From the IMG/VR virus record IMGVR_UViG_3300014039_000024, positions 21,086 through 85,085 of that record: 64,000 bases of DNA; one strand, written 5' to 3'. Positions 13,880-25,765 of the stretch are shown here, piece after piece. The translations under genes and the position numbers were made by a program. The notes beneath the pieces are model-generated. The model searched no databases. It was given only the letters and a program-made list of their open reading frames with translations, and was not told the origin of the DNA. Source of the DNA: a virus (Duplodnaviria; Caudoviricetes). Each line of letters begins with the position of its first letter. Within the stretch, counting starts at the first letter, position 1.

Positions 13880-14460
13880 TATTCTTCAGTTCTTTTTTTA
13901 AAGTCTTCTACAAATCTTTCCTCGTCATTAGGATTAGGCATAAATTTCTTATCTTCTTCGCCATGGACTGCTTGATACATAAGACATAAACCAGCATATT
14001 CATCAGTTAAAATAATTTGATTTGCACCAAGAAATTCTAACTTACCAATGCCAGTTAAATGTGTTTTATCTATCATACTATCAATTTCCGCGGCAATACG
14101 ATAAGGGCGCAATTGGTAATCTTTTAAATGCCACTAATCATAATGACACACAATATCAAATTCAATAACATTATCTCTAAATTCTGGATTTCCACTCTAA
14201 ACAAAATTATCAAAATTAATAACTATATAATTTAGTACGCTTCCATCAACATAAAGCTTAGGAATTATCTTAATATTTCTATTAAACAACTAAATCATTT
14301 GTTCATCATTTAAATCCGGTTTATCAATAGCATCTTTCGTTGTGTAATATAACAGACGTTTAAGCCTTTCATTTTTACAAAGATGCTTTACAATAATTTC
14401 TAAATCTTTTTCAACAGAAAGAAAACTTGATTTAGGTAAATTTACACCATTAATTTTCAT
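13879..14460 (-). CDS. Putative tail terminator/completion protein, 193 aa, 3 TAG
   Basis: ATG 14460 with AAGGTG RBS; read-through into track ORF 13879-14112; DNVIEFDIVCH...RPYRIAAEID pattern and gene order. Confidence 0.6.
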
Positions 14461-14475
14461 AACACCTTTTACTCC

Positions 14476-15540
14476 TTAAAACAATGATTGAACTACAATT
14501 GTTTTTTTATAATCTCCATAACATAAGTCAAACTATCCGCTATATCCAGAAGTCCAACTTATTTCAACTGTTGGTTTTTTAGCTTCTTTAATAACTTTTA
14601 AAGAAACTGGCAACTTTTTATTATTTTCTATTCTCCACTCTAAAGCAACTTTACCATCAAAATAATAAGTATAAGTTTTCTTTGGAAGAATAAATGTTTC
14701 CCCTATAATATCAGTCGTCACGGGATTTGGATCGACTGGTTCCGCAATTAAAGAACCAACTGTCTTATCCTCTAAACTATCTTCCTATTCATTGATATAA
14801 TATTCAACCGCGTTGATCTCCAAAACACCAGGCATGCCTATGGAATCTACAGCTTCAACTCTCCAACAAATTAGATTATCCCCTTCGTCCTAACTATCTA
14901 AATAAAATTTAGTATAACGTCTAAAATATCTCAATGTATCTTCATTCTTAGGCAATAAAATATTTAAAGAATAATTAGGTCTATCTACACTAATTTCATG
15001 TTTTTGAATATAATCAATTTTCGTTTCTACTGGACCGCGAATTGCTGCATAAGTAGATTTTTTCTCTCCTTCATCTACCCAATTTATTTTATAAGAGCAT
15101 TTTCTAATATCCCCTCTAAAATAAGCCAATTCAGTCAAATCCTAAAGATAACAAATCCAATAGGTATTAGTTCCACACCATTCGAATATATCACCAGGTT
15201 TAAACTAATATTCATTTCCAACAGACAAAATCTTGTCATCGTAATCCTATTTTAATTTATTAGGATTAATTAAACATCTAATAGGTTTTTTATATTCCGC
15301 GTCCTATTTAATTATTTCCGCGGCTTGGTATGAATTCCATACCGCTCTATCTAAACTTCTACGCTTAGATAAAATCATACGTTCTTGTTGGCGGTTTCCG
15401 CCCATTTGACCGAGCCGAACCGCTGTATAATTAACGCCTTCAACAGGGCTACCTTCAAAGGGTGGTTTATCATAAATTCCTAAACGACCTTGTTGTAATC
15501 TAAAAGGTTGCTTACTACTATAATCAAACCCTGATGCCAT
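14476..15540 (-). CDS. Putative head-closure/neck protein, 354 aa, 7 TAG
   Basis: Joins track ORFs 15304-15540, 14890-15138 and 14533-14721 in one frame to TAA 14476. Confidence 0.65.
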
Positions 15541-15832
15541 AATTTATCTCCTATAAAAGACTGATTGTTTCAAATACAGTCTTACGATAAAAATTAAAAT
15601 CAGTTTCTTGATTCTATAATCCCTCAAGTTTATTTAATAGCTACAAATAAAGGGGTTCAGCGTTAAAAATCACACTAAACCCCACAATTTCATTTATAAC
15701 AGTTTCTAACTATTTATGCCAATCTTCATTGTTTTCACGCATTGGAATTAATTTCCATAATTGGTTGGTTAAACGCAAACAATTAACTTTTATACTTTCC
15801 GTCGGAATGTCAAAATTATATTTAGTAATCAT
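15524..15832 (-). CDS. Hypothetical neck-region protein, 102 aa, 4 TAG (absent from ORF track)
   Basis: MITKYNFDIPTESIKVNCLRLTNQLWKLIPMRE...; overlaps both neighbours by a few bases, ends TGA. Confidence 0.6.
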
Positions 15833-16394
15833 ATCGACTCTTAAATACATCCCAATTAGATTCATACTCACCTTTATCATTTAAACGTCTACGTTTATAT
15901 AAACGCTACATATGGTGAGATTGTCTTTGACATTCACCTAATAAACTTAATAGTTTTGATAAGTGATTTGCCTAAGAAGTAAATTTAAAATCAGAGCCAC
16001 TATATTTCATTCGAGTATTCTCAATTGAAGTGACCTATCTTTGTGTCCAACCACACATCATTAAAATAGCCAGAATATTAATTTCTTCTTCAGTTAGGTC
16101 ACAATTAAAACTGGACCTATCAACTAAAACTTGAGGTTCTTCACCCGGTTCTGGAAGTTCTCCCCACACAGTTCCCACTATAAAATCATCGGGTGTAGCA
16201 TCTGATTCATTAATAGTAGCAACTTCTAAATTATAATCTAAAAGATTTTTTCGCGGAAATTCAAATCCCGGAATTGCGTCAATCATAAGATTTTGCAAAT
16301 CTCTCAAAGTATCTTCTGGAGTAAGTTCCAAATACATATCATCAGTAACCTTGTTTAGAAAGCGATTATAAACAGTTGAGAATAATGTTCCCAC
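15822..16394 (-). CDS. Putative head-tail adaptor, 190 aa, 3 TAG
   Basis: GTG start with GGAGG RBS; read-through extends track ORF 16035-16394; LTEEEINILAILM helical pattern typical of adaptors; gene order. Confidence 0.6.
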
Positions 16395-16413
16395 TTAATC
16401 GCCCTCCTATAAA

Positions 16414-17007
16414 TTATTTCTTGGAGGAAGTTTCCTCGGTTTTATTAATTACTTTATAGCCAGAACCGCTTGTGCGACGACCCTAAGTAACAGGTTCTTC
16501 CTTTACTACACGGCGTCTAGCAGTAGGCTCTTTCTCCACAATAGTATCTTCTTCTTTACTAGCGATATCATTAGCAATTGCCTTATCGACATCAAAACCA
16601 GTCTTTTCCTTTAAGGCTCTACGCTTATTAATATCAGTAATAGGAAGGCTAACAGACAAACTCTTAATTAAATCAATAATTCCAATAGGAGCAAAATCAA
16701 GAGCGTCAAGGAAAGCGTCTAATGAGCCATTAAGAATCAAATCAGCCACTTGCTGTTCTGACATATTATACTCAGGTTCAGTACGAACATTAAGAGTATG
16801 AGTTACTTCTGGCTCTAAAATCTGTAAAAAATTAGCAATTAATTCGCGGCCACCTGCCTGATAAGTCAACTTTTCTAACTCCCCGAAAGGAATGCGTTTA
16901 GTCTCGCCGGGAGCAAACTCACGACGCAAATTACTATCAGGAATGGTATAAACAACCACGCTAGTGCTTCTATTCTTTACATTATAAATATCTTCATTGT
17001 TAATCAT
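16414..17007 (-). CDS. Hypothetical protein downstream of capsid gene, 197 aa, 1 TAG near C-terminus
   Basis: AAGGAG RBS; track ORF 16483-17007 extended to TAA 16414. Confidence 0.7.
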
Positions 17008-17033
17008 TATTCAATTTCTCCTTTTACTCGTAA

Positions 17034-17076
17034 AAACAAAAATATGGGGAGAGGGAGTTTAATCCCTTCTCCCCAT
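17034..17076 (-). terminator. Intrinsic terminator after major capsid gene
   Basis: ATGGGGAGAGGGA...TCCCTTCTCCCCAT stem with downstream T tract on minus. Confidence 0.75.
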
Positions 17077-17094
17077 GGAATAATTTATATTAAA

Positions 17095-18201
17095 TTAGAC
17101 AGTACCATCAAGACGGCCATCGTAAGTGACAACCTTACCAGTGACACCATCATAATTCCAGGTATACATCTGACCAAGAAGTGAAGTATCAACATAAGCA
17201 CAGATGTTATTAGCAAGCATGCAAACTACGCCAACCTTCTTATAGACCTGGATCTCACGAGAACGATCATAATTATTGAACTCGTCAACAATAGTACCAC
17301 CCTCGAAAGCAATCTTCACAGGCTTACCATCAGCACCAGTAGGAATAACCCAAGCATAACCAGGATCAATAACCTTACGGGTATTGGTTTCATCCTCAAA
17401 GCCCTGCTCAAGAATAATAACCTTAGTGCCCTTATAAGTAGCAAGACGACCAGTATTCCAAAGCTCACTCTTCATGGCTTCAGTGTATCTCCAAGCCTCA
17501 TGAGGAATCATCTTAACAGCAAATTCATAAGTGCAATAAATGGTAGGAGTACCATAAGCAGAAGCGATAGTGATCAAACGATCCATAGCAGCTTCATCAA
17601 AACCAGCAGCCGCAACACGGTTAGCAGGAGGAAGCTGATTGATGGAAGACTTAAGAGCAGCAGCTACTTCCTTATAGATGAGTTCATCCATACCATCCAT
17701 GATAATCTTGGTTACTTCACCAAAATCAACACGACCATCAAGGAACTCTTCGAAGCCAATCTGAGCGGCTCCGCCGATAGCACTGGTACGAACCTCGAAG
17801 GCTTCATTCTCTTTAGGTCCAAGCTTGAAGACTTCATAAATACCAGCAAGACCGACACGAGTTACAAACTGCTTGGCACGAGCACGATTATTAAGAGGAC
17901 GACGGAAGATGGGCTTATCACCTTGAGCAAAAGTCTTAACCTCAGCAAATTGATCATATTGCTGAATAACTTTCTTAGGAAGAACCTCATCGAGAGTCTG
18001 CTCAATCATAGAGAAAATAAGGTTCTTATTTTCACGATAAAGAGCATAAGTTCCAGCTAATTCATTCATCTCGTTACGAAGAGTCTCATTAAGATCTTCA
18101 TAACTAAGATTCTTACCATTATAACTATAAGCGGTAGGAGCAGAAGGATCAGCCTTAGCAACTTGCTTCATAAGAGCAACTAAATTATTTTTATCTAACA
18201 T
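17095..18201 (-). CDS. Major capsid protein, 368 aa, no TAG
   Basis: Size, position after scaffold and head protein, strongly biased high-expression codons, HK97-like pattern (QFAEVKTFAQGDKPIF; GGAAQIGFEEFLDG). Confidence 0.8.
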   Translation of the reverse strand: MLDKNNLVALMKQVAKADPSAPTAYSYNGKNLSYEDLNETLRNEMNELAGTYALYRENKNLIFSMIEQTLDEVLPKKVIQQYDQFAEVKTFAQGDKPIFRRPLNNRARAKQFVTRVGLAGIYEVFKLGPKENEAFEVRTSAIGGAAQIGFEEFLDGRVDFGEVTKIIMDGMDELIYKEVAAALKSSINQLPPANRVAAAGFDEAAMDRLITIASAYGTPTIYCTYEFAVKMIPHEAWRYTEAMKSELWNTGRLATYKGTKVIILEQGFEDETNTRKVIDPGYAWVIPTGADGKPVKIAFEGGTIVDEFNNYDRSREIQVYKKVGVVCMLANNICAYVDTSLLGQMYTWNYDGVTGKVVTYDGRLDGTV

Positions 18202-18218
18202 TATCCTTTTCTCCTTTC

Positions 18219-19136
18219 TTACTTAATACGCATTACTTTGACGCCCTTTTGGCCATCAGGCATGGTGTAAACCTTAACAACCTGCCAGGTCATGGAATCG
18301 TCACCGGACTTACTAAGAATACCCTTGGTAGCTTCAGAAGGAGAAAGCTTATCTCCAACAGCAAGAGTCTCTTCATTCACCATATTTGTAGTATAGAGAT
18401 CACCAACCATGGTCTTGAATACACGAGGAACCATAGAAGTGCCAGTCTCCATAAACTTCTCATGATAGATACCTAACTTATGATATGGATCATTAGTCCA
18501 ATTCATTTCATATATATCAGGAACATCAGTGAGAACCTTATCATAATAATACTTTACAGGAACATTGGCAACCTGATGATTTTCATCAAGGGTATAATCA
18601 TTACCATCATAAGTGAACTTACCATTCTCGTCAACATCATAAACGCGACCAGCAATAGTAACAGTCTTCAATCCCTGATCCGCGGAAACAGTTTGATTGA
18701 TTAACTTATAAGTATTACCCTTTTCATCAACGCCATTCCAGAAACGACCACCATACTCGACCTCAGTGTGCTCCCAGTCATATGGGCTATAAACACGAGC
18801 CTGATAGTCATCCTTGATCATAGCAAACTCGCAATCCCACTGCTTAGTGCCATCAAGATGATCGCGGTAAAGCTTAATTTCATTATAAACGAGCATCCAC
18901 TCGCCTTCGCCAGTGAAGTTGACTTCGCCAATGCCATTATCATTAGCAGCATAGTCATACTTTACGAACTGACCATTTTCAAGAATCTCAATGTCTTTAT
19001 TGGCAGGAAGTTGAGCATAGATTTGAGCGTTTCTCTGAGCGGAAAGGTGATTAGGCTCGACCTGACCGTAACCAAACTCAACATACTTTGCCTGAGACTT
19101 AATAGGAAGATTCTTATTCAAAAAGTCTTTAAACAT
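18219..19136 (-). CDS. Putative capsid decoration/head structural protein, 305 aa, no TAG
   Basis: Between scaffold and MCP; YGQVEPNHLSAQ N-terminus and VVKVYTMPDGQKGVKVM C-terminus; high-expression codons. Confidence 0.6.
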   Translation of the reverse strand: MFKDFLNKNLPIKSQAKYVEFGYGQVEPNHLSAQRNAQIYAQLPANKDIEILENGQFVKYDYAANDNGIGEVNFTGEGEWMLVYNEIKLYRDHLDGTKQWDCEFAMIKDDYQARVYSPYDWEHTEVEYGGRFWNGVDEKGNTYKLINQTVSADQGLKTVTIAGRVYDVDENGKFTYDGNDYTLDENHQVANVPVKYYYDKVLTDVPDIYEMNWTNDPYHKLGIYHEKFMETGTSMVPRVFKTMVGDLYTTNMVNEETLAVGDKLSPSEATKGILSKSGDDSMTWQVVKVYTMPDGQKGVKVMRIK

Positions 19137-19150
19137 TTAGTATGTCCTCC

Positions 19151-20068
19151 TTATTGATTTTTATTGGCGGTAGCAAAAGCCGCCTTCACCCAAGCGGGCA
19201 TATCATCATCCTCTGAATTACCATTGTCATTCAGATTAAAAGTAGTAGCTCCATTGGGCTTACTATTTTCGTCAAGGTCGAAACTCACCTTGTTGCGAAC
19301 ACAAATAACAGATAATTTAGCTTCAATGTCATCAAGAGAATACTTATCAATATTCTGAACAACATCAGCCTTATCTTCATCAGAAAGCATATAGAATTTA
19401 GCAATCATATCTTCTTTATCTTTCTTCTCTGCGGCATTTTTAAATTCGACAAGTGGAGCAAGTTGCTCTTTCAAGCCATTATTTTCAGTTTCAAGAGCCG
19501 CAAACTTAGTCTGTAATTCATCATACTGAGCTTTAAGCTCGGTATACTCGACAATATCTTCAAGAGAATAATTCTTCTTTTTCTTCTTATCATCATCATT
19601 CTCACCATTGTCGCCTTCGCCAGACTTCTTAGAGGGATCACCATTATTTTCAGGATCCTTCTTATTACCATCACCCTCTGATTTATTATCAGTATCGGGA
19701 TCATTTGATTTATTATTTTTGCCCTCTTCCTCAGCCTTTTTCTTTGAAGCATAATCAGTCTCAAAAGCTTCAACATCAGCGAGAGCAAACTGAGGCTCTG
19801 CTGCAGGAGTATAAGACTTAGTTACTTCAATTAAAGTATCGGAAGGAACAAAACCATTTATGTCTGTAAGAGAAAAGTCCATGCGATAATACTTTTGATC
19901 TTGTCTACTTTGAAGAATAGCAAACTTTTGTCCACCGTCTTCATAAACGCCTTCAATGCGATAAATAGAACAATAACTATCAGGTCCACTAGGATACTTA
20001 TTCTCAATATAAGACCAGAGAGAATTCCACAAACCATCGCCAATTTCAACAGTATACTGTGTAAACAC
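19151..20068 (-). CDS. Nested in-frame scaffold protein (internal GTG start), 305 aa, no TAG
   Basis: AAGGAGG lies 7 nt upstream of an in-frame GTG at 20068 (MFTQYTVEIG...). Confidence 0.55.
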   Translation of the reverse strand: MFTQYTVEIGDGLWNSLWSYIENKYPSGPDSYCSIYRIEGVYEDGGQKFAILQSRQDQKYYRMDFSLTDINGFVPSDTLIEVTKSYTPAAEPQFALADVEAFETDYASKKKAEEEGKNNKSNDPDTDNKSEGDGNKKDPENNGDPSKKSGEGDNGENDDDKKKKKNYSLEDIVEYTELKAQYDELQTKFAALETENNGLKEQLAPLVEFKNAAEKKDKEDMIAKFYMLSDEDKADVVQNIDKYSLDDIEAKLSVICVRNKVSFDLDENSKPNGATTFNLNDNGNSEDDDMPAWVKAAFATANKNQ

Positions 20069-20746
20069 TTTGGTTCCTCCTTCTTTTATTAATTCTTTAA
20101 GCTCATTCATCATGGAGAACAAAGTGTTCTTAAAACCATCATCGAATGAAAAATTCATATTGATTTGGGAGCCTTCAAAACAAGGTTCATTTTCTTCTCC
20201 CAAAATACAAAGTTTAGAAATAATTGCCTCATTTATAATAAAAAACTAAGGTTTTCCATTACTATCTTTTGCCCACGTCGCATTTAATGTTTTTTCATCA
20301 AGCTCCATAGATTGATTATTACCCTAAGTAACAACACGACCGCACTCAGGATATTGGCCAGTCCACAAATAACCCTCAGTCATTAAATACTCACGTTCGA
20401 CAACACCATCATCCAAAAACTTCTAAAACCAAACTTTAGCCCCAAGATCAACAAAACCATAAGGACGAGTAGTATCTTTCATCTTAAACTCGCCATTAGA
20501 TAATTCAATGACCCTATTATGCTCTTCAAAGTCGCCAGTGCCCTCATTGAAGAAACCAACAATAGGGCTACCTGGAAGACTATTAGCCATTTGAGTTGCA
20601 ACATCTTTAGTAATTACACTCTTATTGCGATTAGGTTTATCATCAACGTAGCAAACCTTAATCTAACATTTAGAAATTAAAGGATTTACAGGAGTTATAT
20701 TTATAAACTCACAAGGTGTATTTAATTTAATACTTGTATGTTTCAT
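19151..20746 (-). CDS. Prohead protease-scaffold protein, 531 aa; 4 TAG, all in the N-terminal protease-like domain
   Basis: ATG 20746 with AGGAGG RBS. N-terminal PNRN...PIVG...QSMEL...LCILG pattern; C-terminal acidic coiled-coil scaffold. Extends track ORF 19151-20203. Confidence 0.75.
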
Positions 20747-20755
20747 AAATCCTCC

Positions 20756-22402
20756 TTACTTCATTGCTTCTTTGTTTTGAATAGTTTTTTCACTTTTCTA
20801 ATCATCAGGTTTCTCTGGACGACCTGCTTCACCACTTGATGCTTTAGCAGTTCCAGAACCTGAACTTCCTGAATTATTTTGAGTTTTATTGTTAGAAGAT
20901 GAACCTTTTAAACCCAAAATATCTTCACTACCCATAGTAGAACTCATAAGAGGAGGAATCATAATTTCACTCAAATGTAAAATCTCATTTTCAAAATGAG
21001 CTGCATTAAGAATGAAACTCTATGAATGTCCAAGAGCAACTTGAGATAATAGCTTTGATTGTCCCATTTGAGCTTGCTCTTTATACATCTTAGAAAGTGT
21101 CTAATAATTATTTTGAGTAGTCTCTAATAAATAAAATCTAAAATTATATTTTTTATTACTACTCTTCTTTTCAATAATTCTATTAAAGAATATATTAAAC
21201 TATAAAATTAAACTTCTTATTGTAGATTCATCATTTAAAACAGATTTTTCCAAAGCCATATTACCATCTGTATTAAATAAGTTTTGTGAGATACCCAATG
21301 AATTATAAACACTACGCTCTACTTTTGCCAAATCATCTGTAGTTGTTGTAGTATTTTTATCAGACATATCAATAGAATCTACATCAGTAAATGTAGTTAA
21401 AACATCTACTCCAATAGCTCTCTATAACATCTAAACTGCGTTATTATGAATATCTCTGGCTTCATCAACATCAAATATCAAATCACCATTCTTATCCATT
21501 GGGAGCTTTTGAACTAAAATTTTAAGTAATTTCTACATCTATTTCTTGCGGTCAAGGTCTTGAGCGGCATCCAAATCCATAATAGTTGGAATAGAATTTA
21601 CAAAAATAGGAATATCACTATTATTAATATTAAACTTAACGCAATTCTCGGGCTCAAGAACATACCAACTACCAGTATGCTGACAGCCAACCGCTTCTTC
21701 TAAAGCAAGTTTTCCTTGCTTATATAAAACATAACCTTTCGCGAATTCTTCAGGGAATAATTTTAATACCTTTAAACGATAATTCATATCTCTAAAAGTA
21801 TCGAAAAACCGCATATCGAATTCAACTACTGGTGTATTATTTACACTGTATCGTGTTCTACAATATCTAACCGGCAATTCTTGTAAAATTAAATTCTTTT
21901 CTGAAGGAACTATATATCCATAATAGCATCCATTTTTAACAACCTGCAAAGCGATATCTCCGCAAATCTTTTTAATATAACTATTATCAAAATAATTAAG
22001 CATCTTATAAAAGTCTTTTAAAACTTTTTCTTCCTTCACGCTATCATCATAAGTCTCCGCTGCGATATACCAATCATAACGATACAAGAAAGCAACATAA
22101 TTACAAACACGTTGATATACACCACTTATATCATAATAAAAATTAGAAATATATCTTAAAGCATTTAAATCTCTTTCAGCCAATGCTCGAAGCACATCTG
22201 GTTTCGTAATAACGCGGTTTTGGCCCGGATATCTAATTTTACCATAATCACCAAGTTTTAAGACTGCATCATCTAAAGTTTTTGTACCGACCTTTATTTT
22301 TCTGCTGGTATAATCGGTATCATAATAGCCATAATCATAACGCCCATTATAAATATCAAAACCTTTAGCATGAATCTAATCATTACGATCTTGCGTATCC
22401 AA
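20756..22402 (-). CDS. Portal protein, 548 aa, 9 TAG
   Basis: TTG start with AAGGAGG RBS; extends track ORF 21539-22195 both ways; located between terminase and protease; low-complexity tail ending GRPEKPDD. Confidence 0.8.
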
Positions 22403-22415
22403 AGTTCCACCTCCT

Positions 22416-22772
22416 TTAATAACCTGCTAATTTCATTATATAATCATAAGAAATAAGGTTTTCATCGGTATATGGAATCTCTATTAATCTAAAATCATGT
22501 AAAGCACAAAAACGTCTTTTTTGATTATCATTATATTGCTATTGGTATAAACCGCGTTTTCCACCAAATTTAGAACTGGCTTCATAATGCTATTTTCCCT
22601 AATATTCAATAATGAAATCAATTTTTCCATCATCATCAAATATAACAAAATCAAAACGAAGAGGACGCCCATTTGGACTTTTTAAATCTGGGAAAATGTA
22701 TTCCATTTTAAAAGGCAGTCCCGCTTCTTCTAGGATTTCTTCAATTTTGATTTCTCCTCTTGAAGCACGCAT
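22416..22772 (-). CDS. PD-(D/E)XK endonuclease of DUF559/Vsr-like type, 118 aa, 3 TAG (absent from ORF track)
   Basis: GGAGG RBS; LRFDF...IIEY*GK*HY matches the family motif IEYQGxQHY when TAG is Gln. Confidence 0.75.
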
Positions 22773-22784
22773 TTACTAACCTCC

Positions 22785-24524
22785 TTAATTTAAAAAGCAC
22801 CAATCAGACGCATTAAACTTCTTACGCTTTTTCTTTTTATCTTCTTCAAGTTTTAAATAATATAATCCATATTCAAAAGCCGAAAATTTATCTTTACGAA
22901 TTCCGCGATTTGCTTGTTTCAGTATAATATTAATACCTTCATTTTCTTCGCGTAAATTCATCATTTCTTCTTTTAATATGGAAGTTAATGTAAATGGTTT
23001 TAAATATTCTGCCCTTTCCTCGGGAGTCATCTTTTGACCCTTTTGAGTTGCTAATAGTTTTTCTTTAGCGGTTCTTTCATCAATTAGGAATTTCACCTTA
23101 CCCGCTTGCAATTGAGTTTGTGCATTAGCATGACACTCAGTATTTATTGGGGCATTAGCTTTAATAACATACATAGCATCAAACTAAGTATTTGGTGTAC
23201 GATATTTTTTATAATATCCTTCATCATCATTCTCAACGCCAAAATCAGGTAAAAACTCACCATCTTCATCATTTTGAGATTTTACCATATAATCCAAAAG
23301 TCCAATGCCTAAACCATTACCATCTATAACTAATGTTCTTGCTTTATATTTATAAAATAATTTCTTTAATTTAATTGCCTAATCTTCAAAATGATCGTCC
23401 GCCATAGTATACATATTAACTAATGATTTAATAGCCGGACCTTGAGCTTGTGGGGTTACTTTAAACACACAAACTACAGTATCGCATCCTTTACGACCTA
23501 CATCTACAGAAAGCACATAATATGCTTGAGCTCCTGCGCGTCCAGATGCTTCATATTCAGGCTAAAGTAATTTTCTATTTCTATCAAAATGTTCTCCATT
23601 AAAGAAAGCATCTTCAACCGTTCCAGACCACTTAGATTCATATTCACGCTCAAATGAAGCTTCATTATAAGTTCCTTCATTCTTCTGGTCTGTAATAAAT
23701 GTTTTACTTTGTAATCCTACTGCTACTGGTGTTCGCCATGTTCCGCCTAATACCATACAACGGTCAGGCTAAGTTACCATACGAACTAAGAAACCAATAA
23801 GTCTATCATAAGGAAATGTGCCCTTATAACCAGCAGTAGTAATATAGATCTGTGATTTATTTAATGGTTCCTTCTCATTGGTAGTACCATCTTTTGCTCT
23901 ACGTGAAATTGCCATAACAGGAATAATAACTTCACGAAGAATAGCATCGTCAATACCAACGCACTCTTCCATCAGACCGCCATGACGACGCTGACCACGA
24001 GTACTTTCACGAGCTGCGAGGTTATCAAGGACTGAACCATTTTTAAACACATATCTAACTTTATCTTTTCCTTCAAGAGTTTTTCCTCGACTCCAATCGA
24101 TTTCTCGATTAAAACTAGGAATAAGTTCGCATATTTCTTGAACTTTATCATGAAGGATACTAGCACCTTGTTCTTTACCTCCAGAAGTAACAAACAAGTG
24201 TGCTCCAGGATATAAAATACATCTAATCATTAACGCCATAACTGACAAAAATGATTTAGAATAAGCACGAGGGAAAACTGCGTAAACATACTAATAACGC
24301 ATAACAGAACGAAGAAATACTCTCTAATAAAAATAGAAATTAAATTCTCCATCTTTTATTTCTGTACGTCTTCCTCGCACCATAAAATCTACAAATAAAT
24401 CAGGATATTCTCTCCAAAAGGCAACGTATTTGCGGATAATGGGCATTACCGCTTCTACTCGTTCAGGTGATAGACCTATTTTTCTACGACTATCACTTAA
24501 TTCTAATAAATCTTGTAATGCCAT
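22785..24524 (-). CDS. terL: Terminase large subunit, 579 aa, 6 TAG
   Basis: Joins four in-frame track fragments; Walker A-like PRAYSKS, Walker B GGLMEE, nuclease motifs YVLSVDVGR, VIDGNGLG and KDKFSAFEYG. Confidence 0.88.
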
Positions 24525-25717
24525 TATTTATCCAAACTCTATAAGAACTCATTATCTTGTGCGGATTCCTATTCTTTAAAATCCTCAAAATCCGCATAAT
24601 CACTATCTTTAATAGTTCTTTCGAGTTCTTCAATACTTAAATCAGCATCATCAACAATATCACTTTCCGCGTTCTTTGCCTTTTCTTCATCTTCTTTAGC
24701 ATTTTCGCGTAAAGCTTTTTCTACCATTGTGCTGATATTAGTTTCATCTTCAATAAGAGTACGAGTATAACGTTGCATATCTTGAATAGTCAAATCAACT
24801 TTATCATGTGGCTATTCAACATAATATCTTTCAATATATCCTTCTTTTTCACATAATTCAATCAGCTCACCGATTGAATCAACAAATTCGCCAGATTCCG
24901 CTTTATTTTGGGCCGCGGTGAATTTACCGGACTTCATTAAACTATCATAAACTTTGCTCATCTTCTGGAAGCCTTCAATATCGCCAATGTCGATCAATTG
25001 ATTCGCCTTTAAAGATGTTTTACATATTAACTTTAATGTATCTTTATGCCCGGCTCCTTGAATATCATAAGAAGCCATCATTTCTTCATATAACTATTCA
25101 AGTTTAACCCATTCTTCAGGTTTATAAGTTTTACCCCACTTTAATCTTAAATAAGTGCGGTCTTCATCACTTAAATCTAAATCCTATTCAACTTCACCAC
25201 TTTGCTAAGCGAAATAATCTTCTGTAGAAGCATTAGGCGGTGGTGGAGCAGTATAAATAGGCTCTTTTAATTCGCCCTCCGGAATAATAGTTGAATTCTT
25301 TTCAATAGCAGTAGCAATCTATTGAGCATCATACCCTTGACGTTTCATAGTTTGCTCTAATTTATTGTTTGCCATCTATTGTAAGAATTCAGTATCTTTC
25401 CAACGATAATCTTTAAACTATTTGAGTTTCATTTTTGACAAATAACGTCCAAGGATTGTCATACCAGTAACATTCTGTGGATCGCGGGCATATTTTTCCA
25501 TTAATTTATTCCATTCATCAGGAACATAAGGGACATCCGCTTCTTGTAAAATCCACAAATAAGTATCTGGATTCCAATTATCAACGTGCATTGTCATACA
25601 TTTTTTACACACAGGGAATTTACCATCATTAGGATATTTTTCTAAATTATTAGATGAGTAAAATTCTGTGCCATTCATTGTGCGATTACATTTTTCGCAA
25701 TAATACGTATCAGCCAT
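24524..25717 (-). CDS. Zn-finger protein upstream of TerL (candidate terminase small subunit), 397 aa, 9 TAG
   Basis: ATG 25717; CEKC...CKKC N-terminus; joins track ORFs 25418-25738, 24812-25081 and 24569-24793; TAATG coupling to terL. Confidence 0.65.
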
Positions 25718-25765
25718 AAATAAAAATTCTCCTTTCAATTATTTATTATAAACAAAAGGACAACT

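Noticed and set aside
17500-19358. Plus-strand ORFs opposite the capsid and head genes (17500-18060, 18249-18476, 18480-18704, 18768-19157, 19164-19358)
   Set aside because: Antisense shadows of strongly codon-biased genes; no RBS or promoter.
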